A stretch of 55,940 nt of DNA from Pseudomonadota bacterium (GCA_039190005.1 JBCCYM010000005.1:1-55940); one strand, 5' to 3'. Counted from the stretch's first letter, positions 8,149 through 19,327 are shown. Notes: generated from the sequence alone by a model not told the origin. Made by a program: numbers and translations.

Positions 8149-10092
8149 ATGAATAAAAAGTTTAATGTGTGTATGTTGTTCGTGCTGTTACTATTACTGA
8201 AAAGCACATCATATGCCACAGTCAATTCACTAGCAAACCCTCATTTTTGTCTGCCTGACGCGAATGGAAATCCACCAGTTGGTTGTACCGGCATGTTATT
8301 TACCAAAAATAGCATCTCTGATTTCGCGCAATTCTATAAAAACTTGCCTGTACTACATTCCGGCTGGAACAAACAGCCTAGAGTCGTTCCTTTTTTATTG
8401 TTTTCGACCAGCCAAACCCCGCTAAATATGGTGACGAAACAAACCGCGGAAACACTAAAATACAACACTTACAATCCAGTAGTCTACAATTGGCATAATA
8501 TTAGCAAACTGGTTTATTTTGGCGGCTCTGAAAACGAAGGGCAAATCTTGATTCCCACACCAGGATGGATCAAGGCAGCACATCAAAATGGATCAGCTAT
8601 ATTTGCAACTATCTTTTTTTCGCCTAATAGCTATGGTGGAAGTGATGAAACAAATCAACTCGATTATATGCTAACATTGAATAAATCGGGTCATTACCCC
8701 ATCGCTGATTTGTTAATTTCTGCTGCTAGAAAATATCATATTGATGGTTACTTTATTAATGAAGAAGCATTCTATCTCAATGATAAATCAAGCATAAATC
8801 TATCCGCATTTGTGAGATATATAGAGAAAACCTCAAAAGAGGAAGGTTATCCGATAAAAATCGAATGGTATTTTACAGCGCTAAAGAGCGAAACGCCTTT
8901 TTACGAAAATAACAATGGTCTTAATGCTTTTGCCGCCAATAGTGTATTTATTGAAAATTGGAGCTTAGATAGTAATACTATAAATAAGGCTATATCTATG
9001 GGTTATCCTGAAGCAAATATTGAATATGGCACCCAGAGAACTATTACAACATTTACTCAAAATATCTGCGTCGCCTGTAATCTTCACTTCCTGCCAAATA
9101 AGAACATCTCTGCCGCGGTATTTGCTTTTTCAGATATACTTTCTCCTAATCATCTTAATGAAAATGACAAACCAAGTCAGCAATACAAAAACGCAATGCG
9201 CTTTTGGCGAATTACCCCCTCATATCTTAAAAACTCAAATAATCTGGACTATGGCACAAACAATTTTTTTGCAACTGATTTTAATGCCGGCATTGGCAGA
9301 GATTATTATATTCAAGGCGTTCGACAACATTATGGCTTTTGGAGCGCGATTGGTCTACAAGATATTCTTCCGATTAATTTTCTCAGCGATACGCCCGGAC
9401 TAAAAATTTCACTTGATTTCAATGACGCTTATAATGGTGGTTCGTCATTACGTATTATAAAGCGACAAATCATCCCAATTTCTAAACCACATCATATCAC
9501 ATTATACGACCACTTAAATGTAAGTATAAAAAATAATCCAGTCATGTATGTCACCTATAAACAACTCATTGGCGATACACCATTCAAAATTTGTGTGAAC
9601 TATACAGATGGCGATAACAAAGGTGATAATTGCATAAGTCTGACTTCAGAAGAAAAACACCGCTGGACAAGATCCTCTATTAACCTGACACCGTTAAATC
9701 ATCAAGGACGTTATCAGTCTATTGAACTTGTTGTTCCCAAATCTTCTATAAAAGAAAAAACTGTAATTGGACAACTATATCTGGGAAGTTTAGAAAACTA
9801 TGTGCGTCAACCCAGCTCTGTTCAAGAATTACAGTTAAAACAATCGATTCATGATGACGATAACAATGGTATGCACTATATTATTTCCTGGAAAGGAAAC
9901 CAACACGATAAAAATTACAAGGTTTATGTTAACGACCAGTTCTATGGCGCTACTTTTCAAAATATTGAAGATGTTATGGTATCGCCTCCTGAGCAAGATC
10001 TAAATATATGTGTTGCCCCTCAAGGTTATAGTGGGATTATGGGCACTAAGAACTGTATTAATGTATCTCCTTCTCAACTGCGGCCTTCATGA
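8149..10092 (+). CDS. Secreted endo-beta-N-acetylglucosaminidase (GH85-like)
   Basis: Signal peptide; LVYFGGS.NEG.I.IP.PGWIKAAHQNG; DGYFINEE (catalytic N-x-E); DAYNGGSSL. Confidence 0.85.
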   Translation: MNKKFNVCMLFVLLLLLKSTSYATVNSLANPHFCLPDANGNPPVGCTGMLFTKNSISDFAQFYKNLPVLHSGWNKQPRVVPFLLFSTSQTPLNMVTKQTAETLKYNTYNPVVYNWHNISKLVYFGGSENEGQILIPTPGWIKAAHQNGSAIFATIFFSPNSYGGSDETNQLDYMLTLNKSGHYPIADLLISAARKYHIDGYFINEEAFYLNDKSSINLSAFVRYIEKTSKEEGYPIKIEWYFTALKSETPFYENNNGLNAFAANSVFIENWSLDSNTINKAISMGYPEANIEYGTQRTITTFTQNICVACNLHFLPNKNISAAVFAFSDILSPNHLNENDKPSQQYKNAMRFWRITPSYLKNSNNLDYGTNNFFATDFNAGIGRDYYIQGVRQHYGFWSAIGLQDILPINFLSDTPGLKISLDFNDAYNGGSSLRIIKRQIIPISKPHHITLYDHLNVSIKNNPVMYVTYKQLIGDTPFKICVNYTDGDNKGDNCISLTSEEKHRWTRSSINLTPLNHQGRYQSIELVVPKSSIKEKTVIGQLYLGSLENYVRQPSSVQELQLKQSIHDDDNNGMHYIISWKGNQHDKNYKVYVNDQFYGATFQNIEDVMVSPPEQDLNICVAPQGYSGIMGTKNCINVSPSQLRPS

Positions 10093-10151
10093 GAGTATAC
10101 TCATCAAGCTGGTGACAAAATGAACCGGCAAATTTACAAAAGTAAATTTAG

Positions 10152-10448
10152 TTAACTACTCTTAGAAACAAGTTTAACAACTAATCTTTTATTAATTGCT
10201 TCGGCATAACGTTGCAATGTAGCCAATGTAGGAGAATATTTCTGTTTTCCTCCTCCTGTCTCAAGTCGCCTGACAACAGAGGTACTAGTACCCATGATCT
10301 CAGCTACTTCTGCCTGACTTTTATGAGAAGCTTGTCGCGCCTTAATTAAGGTACGTAATAACATAAATTCACTATCTAGCTCATCATAATGTTTTTTTAC
10401 TTTCGGCTGTTTCAGCGCTTTTGCTTTTATTTTATCATGTGTACTCAT
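10152..10448 (-). CDS. XRE/HTH antitoxin-like regulator (HigA-like), orphan
   Basis: SQAEVAEIMGTSTSVVRRLE and PTLATLQRYA; GAGGT SD; no toxin gene upstream. Confidence 0.8.
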   Translation of the reverse strand: MSTHDKIKAKALKQPKVKKHYDELDSEFMLLRTLIKARQASHKSQAEVAEIMGTSTSVVRRLETGGGKQKYSPTLATLQRYAEAINKRLVVKLVSKSS

Positions 10449-10491
10449 AATTGTTTACCTCATATAAACATGATGTGGTAATAGCTATAAT

Positions 10492-11418
10492 TCACAAGCT
10501 GGCGCCCGCAAAAAACCGCCGAGCCGCCTGATTATCTATTTCCATCTGTTGTTTTAACGCGTCCAGATTATCAAAGCTATCATCACCACGCAGTTTATGA
10601 CGAAAATCAACCTGTAGGCGACAACCATAGATGTCTTGATCAAAATCAAGAATAAATACTTCAAGAAGGTAGTATTTATCGCGTAGCGTTGCTTGTCGAC
10701 TGATATAAGCGATACCGTTTAAACGCTGTTTCCCGACCCCACTTACATTAACAGCAAAAATACCTTCCAATGGCGGCTGTCGATGAAACAAGCGAATATT
10801 AGCGGTTGGGAAACCCAGTTTACGCCCCAGTTTTTTACCATGGATGACTCGGCCGGATATCGAATAATGACGTCCTAACAATGTTTTAACGTGATTAAAA
10901 TCACCTCGCTGTAAGCTGAGACGCAAATCAGTACTGCTCACCCGCTGATTATTCTGAGCGACCACGGGCAGTATTGATAATGCCTGTGGAAACATTTGTC
11001 GCAAATAATCGATGTCGCCTTGCTGCTTAAAGCCGAAACGAAAATCTTCCCCCAGTATTAATCCTTTCACCTTGAGTCTTTTTTTCAAATACCGCTCAAC
11101 AAAGGCTTCTTTGCTTAATTGAGCAAATGATTGATCAAATCGCACCAAAAAGAGTTTATCAACACCATATTGGCGTAAAATCGTTATTTTCTCACCCAAG
11201 CTTGTCAATCTTAGCGGCAGTTTTTGCTGACTAAAAAACTCACGCGGCAATGGTTCAAATGTCATGACTGCCGCCGGCACGGCTAATTGTCGCGCCTTAT
11301 TGACCAAGGCCTTGATAAGTGCTTGATGCCCCCTATGTAGCCCATCAAAATTACCAATAGCCAGCACACAGCCATTTGTGTCGCTGCGTATTTTATCATT
11401 GTCTCGAATCAGTCGCAT
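10492..11418 (-). CDS. ribF: Bifunctional riboflavin kinase/FAD synthetase
   Basis: IGNFDGLHRGH, VSST and GRKLGFPTAN motifs. Confidence 0.96.
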   Translation of the reverse strand: MRLIRDNDKIRSDTNGCVLAIGNFDGLHRGHQALIKALVNKARQLAVPAAVMTFEPLPREFFSQQKLPLRLTSLGEKITILRQYGVDKLFLVRFDQSFAQLSKEAFVERYLKKRLKVKGLILGEDFRFGFKQQGDIDYLRQMFPQALSILPVVAQNNQRVSSTDLRLSLQRGDFNHVKTLLGRHYSISGRVIHGKKLGRKLGFPTANIRLFHRQPPLEGIFAVNVSGVGKQRLNGIAYISRQATLRDKYYLLEVFILDFDQDIYGCRLQVDFRHKLRGDDSFDNLDALKQQMEIDNQAARRFFAGASL

Positions 11419-11429
11419 TGTTTGGTATT

Positions 11430-11526
11430 AACCTAAAAACTGCACCAGATCAATCTGAGATCCCTGAGCTTGTCGAAGGGACCACCCTTCGACGGGCTCA
11501 GGGACCACTGCGGTTTTGTAGGATTA
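11430..11526. repeat. Inverted doublet of family-A units inside imperfect terminal inverted repeats
   Basis: Units at 11462-11480 and 11485-11503 (inverted); ends AACCTAAAAACTGCA and TGCGGTTTTGTAGGATT. Confidence 0.85.
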
Positions 11527-11673
11527 AAATCTCCCCTGTAATTCATTCAAAGCAAAATAATACCGATTGTAACGAAATATAACAATTATAATTTTTCTTT
11601 GAATTAAAGATTTCATTCGCTTATAATTATGCCTTAATTCACTTAATCCATATTTAATGAGGAAATACATACA

Positions 11674-12279
11674 ATGAAAAAATTATCCGTAATTGCTATA
11701 CTTGCCGCTGGCGTATTACTTGCCGGTTGTAACATGCAATCATCGTCTTCAGGGGGTAGCTCAAACTTTGGTTTGGTTGATATTCAGAAAGTTGCCACGC
11801 AATCACCTGAAATGAAGCAAATTCAAACCAAGATGCAAGCACAAATGCAACCTATGGAAGCAAAACTTCGTGCCGCTTCACAAGGCATGCAAAAGCTTGA
11901 TCAAGAAATTAAAACAGCAACTGGCGATAAAAAATCCGCTCTGGAAAAACAAAAAACAGCCGCGCAAGCGCAATTTCAGAAAGATTTAGCTAATTTCCAA
12001 GATATGCAAAAATCTGTACAAGAAAAAGTACAAAAAGTTGTGGATGACGCTTTAGCTGTGGTCGCTAAGAAAGATAATCTTGCTGCCATCTTTGTTAAAC
12101 AAGCTGTACTTCAACATGGCGCTTCTTTTAAAGATGTGACTTCTGATGTGTTGGCACAGCTCAAAGCAACAGCAGGTTCATCAACAAGTACTAGCAGTTC
12201 AAGTTCAACGAGCCCAAGCACAACTGCAACAAGTAGCCAATCAAGCAGCGGTAGCAGCACAACTACAAGCAGCAAATAA
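11674..12279 (+). CDS. OmpH/Skp-like lipoprotein with a Ser/Thr-rich tail
   Basis: Lipobox LLAGC; GLVDIQKV start, coiled coil and DVTSDVL end typical of Skp; GAGG SD. Confidence 0.75.
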   Translation: MKKLSVIAILAAGVLLAGCNMQSSSSGGSSNFGLVDIQKVATQSPEMKQIQTKMQAQMQPMEAKLRAASQGMQKLDQEIKTATGDKKSALEKQKTAAQAQFQKDLANFQDMQKSVQEKVQKVVDDALAVVAKKDNLAAIFVKQAVLQHGASFKDVTSDVLAQLKATAGSSTSTSSSSSTSPSTTATSSQSSSGSSTTTSSK

Positions 12280-12287
12280 CTATTCTT

Positions 12288-12325
12288 TCATCCCGTCTGT
12301 GAACGCAGATGGGATGATTTCTTTT
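12288..12325 (+). terminator. Rho-independent terminator
   Basis: TCATCCCGTCTG/CAGATGGGATGA stem followed by TTTCTTTT. Confidence 0.75.
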
Positions 12326-12356
12326 CAAATACAAATTAACTTATCAACGAAATAGC

Positions 12357-12890
12357 ATGTCTACTGATTTAATACAACAATTGCAGGCTATTGACGCTAT
12401 CAAATATGGTGATTTTACCTTAAAAAGTGGTCTTAAATCTTCTATCTATGTCGATCTGCGCCCTATTGTCTCTTATCCTAAAATTTTGCAGAAAATTGCT
12501 GATTTAATGTGGGAAAAGATTGCTGATTTAAAACCAGAACTAATCTGTGGTGTTCCCTATACCGCGCTACCGATTGCCACAGCCATATCATTGAAACATC
12601 AAATCCCTATGGTAATGCGCCGTAAGGAAGCGAAAAATTACGGCACCAAAAAAATGATTGAAGGCGTGTTTAAAGCGAATGAGCCATGCGTGATTATTGA
12701 AGATGTGATCACCACTGCCAGCAGTGTGATTGAAACAATTGATGTGCTCGATACGGTTAATCTCAAGGTAAAGGATATTGTGGTCTTAGTTGATCGCGAG
12801 CAAGGCGGCTATGACAATCTTGCTAATAAAGGCTACCGTGTTCACCCAGTCTTTACCCTATCTGAACTTAAGGCAGCGCAACCGAAATGA
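12357..12890 (+). CDS. pyrE: Orotate phosphoribosyltransferase
   Basis: GDFTLKSG, YVDLR, RKEAKNYG and IIEDVITT. Confidence 0.95.
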   Translation: MSTDLIQQLQAIDAIKYGDFTLKSGLKSSIYVDLRPIVSYPKILQKIADLMWEKIADLKPELICGVPYTALPIATAISLKHQIPMVMRRKEAKNYGTKKMIEGVFKANEPCVIIEDVITTASSVIETIDVLDTVNLKVKDIVVLVDREQGGYDNLANKGYRVHPVFTLSELKAAQPK

Positions 12891-13657
12891 AGCATCTTCC
12901 TTTCAGTCAACGCGCCGAACTTGCTGAAAACACCACTGCTAAAAAGCTCTTTCAAATGATTGCCGAAAAAAAAAGCAATCTGGCCTTATCCGCTGATTTA
13001 ACCACCTCCAGCGAACTTTTTAAACTTATCGAGCAAGTTGGTGAACATATTGCTGTGCTTAAAACCCACATTGATATTCTCACTGATTTCTCACCAGCAG
13101 TCATTGAACGGCTAATACAATATACCAAACAGTACCAAGTTTTAATCTTTGAAGATCGGAAATTTGCCGATATAGGCAATACTGTCAGCCATCAATATCA
13201 ACACGGTATTTATACGATCAGTAACTGGGCGGATATTATCAACGCCCATATTCTACCTGGTGAAGGCATTATTGATGGTCTTAAAAAAATTGGACAACCA
13301 TTGCAACGCGGATTACTGCTGATAGCGCAGATGAGTTCAAGCAATAATTTCTTCAGCGATGATTATGTACAAGCTAATATTGAATTAGCCAAAAAACATG
13401 CTGATTTTGTTATCGGCTTTATTTGCCAACAGCAATTAATGGCTGATCCGACTTATATTCACATGACACCGGGTGTCAAACTGGAACCGGGAAAAGACGC
13501 GTTAGGACAAGCTTATCTCACGCCAGAATATGTGATTGGTGAACAATACAGTGATATGATAATTGTCGGACGTGGCATTATTCATGACAAACAACCGGCA
13601 AAAATGGCGCAACAATACCGCGAACGTGCTTGGCAGGCCTATCAGCAAACTTTGTGA
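12887..13657 (+). CDS. pyrF: Orotidine-5'-phosphate decarboxylase (eukaryote/URA3-like type)
   Basis: LKTHIDIL, FEDRKFADIGNTV, MTPGV and IIVGRGI; ATGA overlap with pyrE. Confidence 0.95.
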   Translation: MKHLPFSQRAELAENTTAKKLFQMIAEKKSNLALSADLTTSSELFKLIEQVGEHIAVLKTHIDILTDFSPAVIERLIQYTKQYQVLIFEDRKFADIGNTVSHQYQHGIYTISNWADIINAHILPGEGIIDGLKKIGQPLQRGLLLIAQMSSSNNFFSDDYVQANIELAKKHADFVIGFICQQQLMADPTYIHMTPGVKLEPGKDALGQAYLTPEYVIGEQYSDMIIVGRGIIHDKQPAKMAQQYRERAWQAYQQTL

Positions 13658-13735
13658 TTTTCTCTGAATATTTTTATTAGCCAAAAGTAATAGAAATTAT
13701 TTGAAGTAGTTACATTTTGTAGGCATAATTATATT

Positions 13736-13942
13736 ATAAAGCTTACTTGGCATAATGCTAAAAATCGCTCAAATATAAACAAGCATGGTTTAGATTTTCA
13801 TGATGCCGCTTTTGTATTTGATGGTCAAACAGTGACATTTGAAGATGACCGAGCAGATTATGGTGAAAAACGTATTATTTCAATGAAGAAAGCCAATGAA
13901 AGAGAGCAAAAAATCTATCAAAAGCGACTTAAAACGGATTGA
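13736..13942 (+). pseudogene. brnT: BrnT-family toxin pseudogene
   Basis: Not in the ORF track. Reads IKLTWHNAKNRSNINKHGLDF...DDRADYGEKRIISMKKANEREQKIY; ATA in place of the start codon and an in-frame internal deletion. Confidence 0.85.
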
Positions 13943-14159
13943 CCGTTTGAAAGATCAAGCCATTGATTATTCCGACTCATCTGAATTGGATGATAGCTTT
14001 TTTAAAAAAGCAACTGTAGAACTACCTGTGCCAAAAGATAGCGTGACGCTTAGAATTGATCATCGAGTTCTCGAATGGTTCAAGTCTCAAGGCAAAAGCT
14101 ATCAGACACGGATAAATGCCGTTTTAAAATCTTACTATAAAGCACATCATACCGATTAG
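13896..14159 (+). CDS. brnA: BrnA-family antitoxin
   Basis: VTLRID..VLEWFK..G.SYQTRINAVL; overlaps the brnT 3' end. Confidence 0.9.
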   Translation: MKESKKSIKSDLKRIDRLKDQAIDYSDSSELDDSFFKKATVELPVPKDSVTLRIDHRVLEWFKSQGKSYQTRINAVLKSYYKAHHTD

Positions 14160-14203
14160 ACGCGCTTGCCAGAAAGGATAGGATGCTCGCACAGTGGATC
14201 CAA

Positions 14204-14241
14204 CCCTTCGACAGGCTCAGGGCAAGCAGGCTCAGGGACCG
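14204..14241. repeat. Nested family-A element (reverse orientation, outer half lost)
   Basis: CCCTTCGACAGGCTCAGGG-CAAG-CAGGCTCAGGG-ACCG. Confidence 0.9.
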
Positions 14242-14248
14242 CTGAGAT

Positions 14249-15109
14249 TTAACCAAACCGTTTGGTATAACGATGACAATACGGCTGTTGTTGTTTTTTG
14301 TCGTAATAGTGTTGATGATATGCTTCAGCTGACCAAAATATGCTTACTGGTAACAATTGGGTCGCGATGGTATAATTTTTTTCTTCAAGCTGTTTAATTA
14401 ATTCGGCGGCTATCGCTTTTTGCTCATCATCAAAATAAAAAATCGCGCTCAAATACTGGGTGCCAAGATCCGGTCCTTGGCCATCTTGCTGAGTGGGATC
14501 ATGAATTTCAAAAAAATAACGGGTTAATGCCGGGTAATCCATTCGCTTAGGATCATACAGTACGCGTATTGCTTCAAAATGACCAGTTTTCCCGCAACAG
14601 ACCTGTTTATAATTCGGATTGGATACCGCGCCACCGGTATAACCAACTTCTGTTTTTAAAACGCCATCAAGCTGCTCAAAATAGTATTCCATACCCCAGA
14701 AACATCCACCAGCATAAATGGCTTCTGTGGTATCCATTACGTCAATATCGGCTATTAATTCAATTGCTAAACCATTGACACAATAACGCTGATTTTTTTC
14801 AGTTAATTTTTCACCATAAAACACATGTCCCAAATGCGCGCCACAACGGTGACAAACAATTTCAACGCGCTCACCATCATTATCCGGCAGATTATCGACA
14901 TGATCAGCAATGGCTTGATCAAAACTCGGCCAACCACAATGTGAAACAAATTGATCGGCCCCACGAAAAAGTGCCAAACCACAACGACGACATAAATAAG
15001 TCCCCTGCGCTTGATGGTCATGGTAGCAACTTGATCCAGGATATTCAGTATGCTTATGTTTTACAATATTGACAACTTCAGGTGTTAAACTCGCAAGTTT
15101 ATCCAGCAT
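14249..15109 (-). CDS. msrAB: Bifunctional methionine sulfoxide reductase (MsrB-MsrA fusion)
   Basis: SHCGWPSF, HLGHVF and RYCVN (MsrB), then GGCFWG and AEAYHQ (MsrA). Confidence 0.95.
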   Translation of the reverse strand: MLDKLASLTPEVVNIVKHKHTEYPGSSCYHDHQAQGTYLCRRCGLALFRGADQFVSHCGWPSFDQAIADHVDNLPDNDGERVEIVCHRCGAHLGHVFYGEKLTEKNQRYCVNGLAIELIADIDVMDTTEAIYAGGCFWGMEYYFEQLDGVLKTEVGYTGGAVSNPNYKQVCCGKTGHFEAIRVLYDPKRMDYPALTRYFFEIHDPTQQDGQGPDLGTQYLSAIFYFDDEQKAIAAELIKQLEEKNYTIATQLLPVSIFWSAEAYHQHYYDKKQQQPYCHRYTKRFG

Positions 15110-15118
15110 AATACATTC

Positions 15119-15901
15119 CTATTCCTGGCGATGCACCATCGCACCCGCTTGTGTTTGCGCAGTTGGCATGACAATGATCTCCTCAATATTCACATGCACT
15201 GGTTGCTGCATACAGAATAGCACTGAATTGGCAATATCTTCAGCAACAAGTGGCTTAAAACCACGATAGGTTTCATCAACACGCGCCTGATCACCTTTAA
15301 AACGCACATTGCTGAATTCAGTATTCACCATCCCTGGACTGACTAGATTTATTCGGATATTGCTATACGCTAATAATTCTTGGCGTAACGCTCTGGTAAT
15401 TGCTCGTACCGCGAATTTAGTCGCGCAATAGACTGAACCACCAATATAGGTTATATGTCCGGAAATAGAACCAATATTAATAATCTGCCCCTGACCACGT
15501 TGCTTCATGCCCGGTAATATCTGGCGAGTCAAATACAATAGACCTTTCACATTGGTATCAATCATTTGCTCCCAATCGGCAATATCCGCGACATCAAGCG
15601 CGTCCAGTCCTTTAGATAATCCGGCATTATTAACTAACACATCAATCGCTTGCCAGCTATCTGGTAAATTTTCAAAGCTGTGCTGTACTGCTTGTTGTTT
15701 TTGGACATCAAGTACCATAATATGAATCTCAGTTGCCGCGTTTTTCTGTCGACATTTTTCAGCAACTTCTTTCAGGCGTGCTTCACGCCGCCCCACTAAC
15801 AATAATTTAGCACCATGCTCGGCACATAAAATGGCACAAGACTCACCAATACCGCTACTGGCACCGGTAATACATATAATTTTATTTTGAAGATTTGACA
15901 T
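15119..15901 (-). CDS. SDR oxidoreductase (YdfG-like)
   Basis: TGASSGIG, NNAG and YCATK. Confidence 0.92.
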   Translation of the reverse strand: MSNLQNKIICITGASSGIGESCAILCAEHGAKLLLVGRREARLKEVAEKCRQKNAATEIHIMVLDVQKQQAVQHSFENLPDSWQAIDVLVNNAGLSKGLDALDVADIADWEQMIDTNVKGLLYLTRQILPGMKQRGQGQIINIGSISGHITYIGGSVYCATKFAVRAITRALRQELLAYSNIRINLVSPGMVNTEFSNVRFKGDQARVDETYRGFKPLVAEDIANSVLFCMQQPVHVNIEEIIVMPTAQTQAGAMVHRQE

Positions 15902-16322
15902 TGTTAATTACACCTCCGATAAATGCAACGCGTTGTTGTAATTGCTTCAGTAAAAACTGAGCGTCTTTGAAAAAATCAGGAATCACAGCAAAAATTTCCT
16001 CGGCTTTCTTCGAACTATAAGCATGGATTGTATTATTTCTTGCCACACGATAGTTTTTCCATACCAACCAATCCGAGAGCAATAAATTTCTTTTACTACC
16101 GACACGAATAAGATCAGAAAAAGAAAGCGCAGCCATGTTGATGTTTGCCACCGCTATCATTGCTAAATAGCGTCTGAGTAGTTTCCAGGATAGCTCGTAA
16201 TTATATTTAAAGCGCTGAATACAGGCATCACGTATAAAATCATCCGGGCGCTGGTTATATTCGCTTAAAGCTTGCTCAAGTGAAAACAAAGCTTTTTCTA
16301 AAGAAGATAAATCTAGTTTCAT
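15882..16322 (-). CDS. HEPN / nucleotidyltransferase substrate-binding protein (HI0074-like), orphan and possibly decaying
   Basis: RDACIQRF..YELSWK; RNNTIH = RX4H; GAGGT SD; no neighbouring MNT gene. Confidence 0.8.
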   Translation of the reverse strand: MKLDLSSLEKALFSLEQALSEYNQRPDDFIRDACIQRFKYNYELSWKLLRRYLAMIAVANINMAALSFSDLIRVGSKRNLLLSDWLVWKNYRVARNNTIHAYSSKKAEEIFAVIPDFFKDAQFLLKQLQQRVAFIGGVINNVKSSK

Positions 16323-16348
16323 ATTACCTCACTATTTAATCGCATGCT

Positions 16349-16513
16349 CCTTGAACTCGTCAAAAAGCATAACAAGCCTTCCCAAAGCATTCTTTGGCTT
16401 CGACAAGCTCAGCCATCTATCTATATATCGAGCCTGTCAAAGGACGGTCCCTGAGCCTGCTTGCCCTGAGCCTGTCGAAGGGTCGAAGGGTGGTCCCTGA
16501 GCTTGTCGAAGGG
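16349..16513. repeat. Composite family-A cluster homologous to 28-175
   Basis: Degenerate unit at 16349, GGCT variant at 16396-16414, nested unit at 16449-16490, extra unit at 16495-16513. Confidence 0.9.
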
Positions 16514-16520
16514 TATAATA

Positions 16521-18620
<2,100 letters not shown>

Positions 18621-18623
18621 TTA

Positions 18624-19274
18624 TTATAACGTAATAAACAAAAGCAAAACAGCAAAAAGGAGAAAAACGATAGCCGCTGCGTATTGGACATACCGATAAA
18701 AATTATCAATCCGCTGAATACGTTTTTTAAGTCCAGGTCTTGTTAATAAAATACTTAAAAAACAAAACCAGCCTAAACAGGTCATCCACATTAACACAGC
18801 GGCTAATAATTTAAGCTGTAGCGGAAAATTTTTGGCAAAAATTGTGGTAAAAATACTGATATAAAATAATACCGCTTTTGGATTGAGAACATTACAAAGT
18901 AAGCCTTCAACAAAAAAACGGCGATGCTGAGGATTTACCTGAGCGGCATGTTGAACTTTATTCACTTGCGTGTGATGTGGCTTGGAAGCGGCACGAACCG
19001 CGTGCCAACTCAAATACAACAAATAAGCGGCACCAAAATAACGAACCAATGTAATCACCGTATGGCTGTAGCGCAGCAAATAAGGCAATAAAAATATAAT
19101 ATAGCTGCTATGAAAAATAATACCGGTGGCAATGCCTAATGCATTCATTAATGCTGCACGACGACCATGAAGCAATACACTTTTAAATATCAACGCAAAA
19201 TCTGGACCGGGACTCATCACCACCAGTAAATTGACAAATAAGGCACTGAAAATTAATAGAATATTATGACTCAT
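18624..19274 (-). CDS. LysE/RhtB family exporter
   Basis: SPGPD, GAAYLLYL and NVLNPKA; ATG at 19274 preferred. Confidence 0.92.
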   Translation of the reverse strand: MSHNILLIFSALFVNLLVVMSPGPDFALIFKSVLLHGRRAALMNALGIATGIIFHSSYIIFLLPYLLRYSHTVITLVRYFGAAYLLYLSWHAVRAASKPHHTQVNKVQHAAQVNPQHRRFFVEGLLCNVLNPKAVLFYISIFTTIFAKNFPLQLKLLAAVLMWMTCLGWFCFLSILLTRPGLKKRIQRIDNFYRYVQYAAAIVFLLFAVLLLFITL

Positions 19275-19327
19275 AATTGAATGGTGCTTTATCAAACCTA
19301 AAAACCGCAGTCGCGCGACAAGATCAC

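Noticed and set aside
6635-11526. Accessory genes as integron cassettes with attC sites
   Set aside because: No RYYYAAC...GTTRRRY boundaries and no integrase; the genes have their own promoters.
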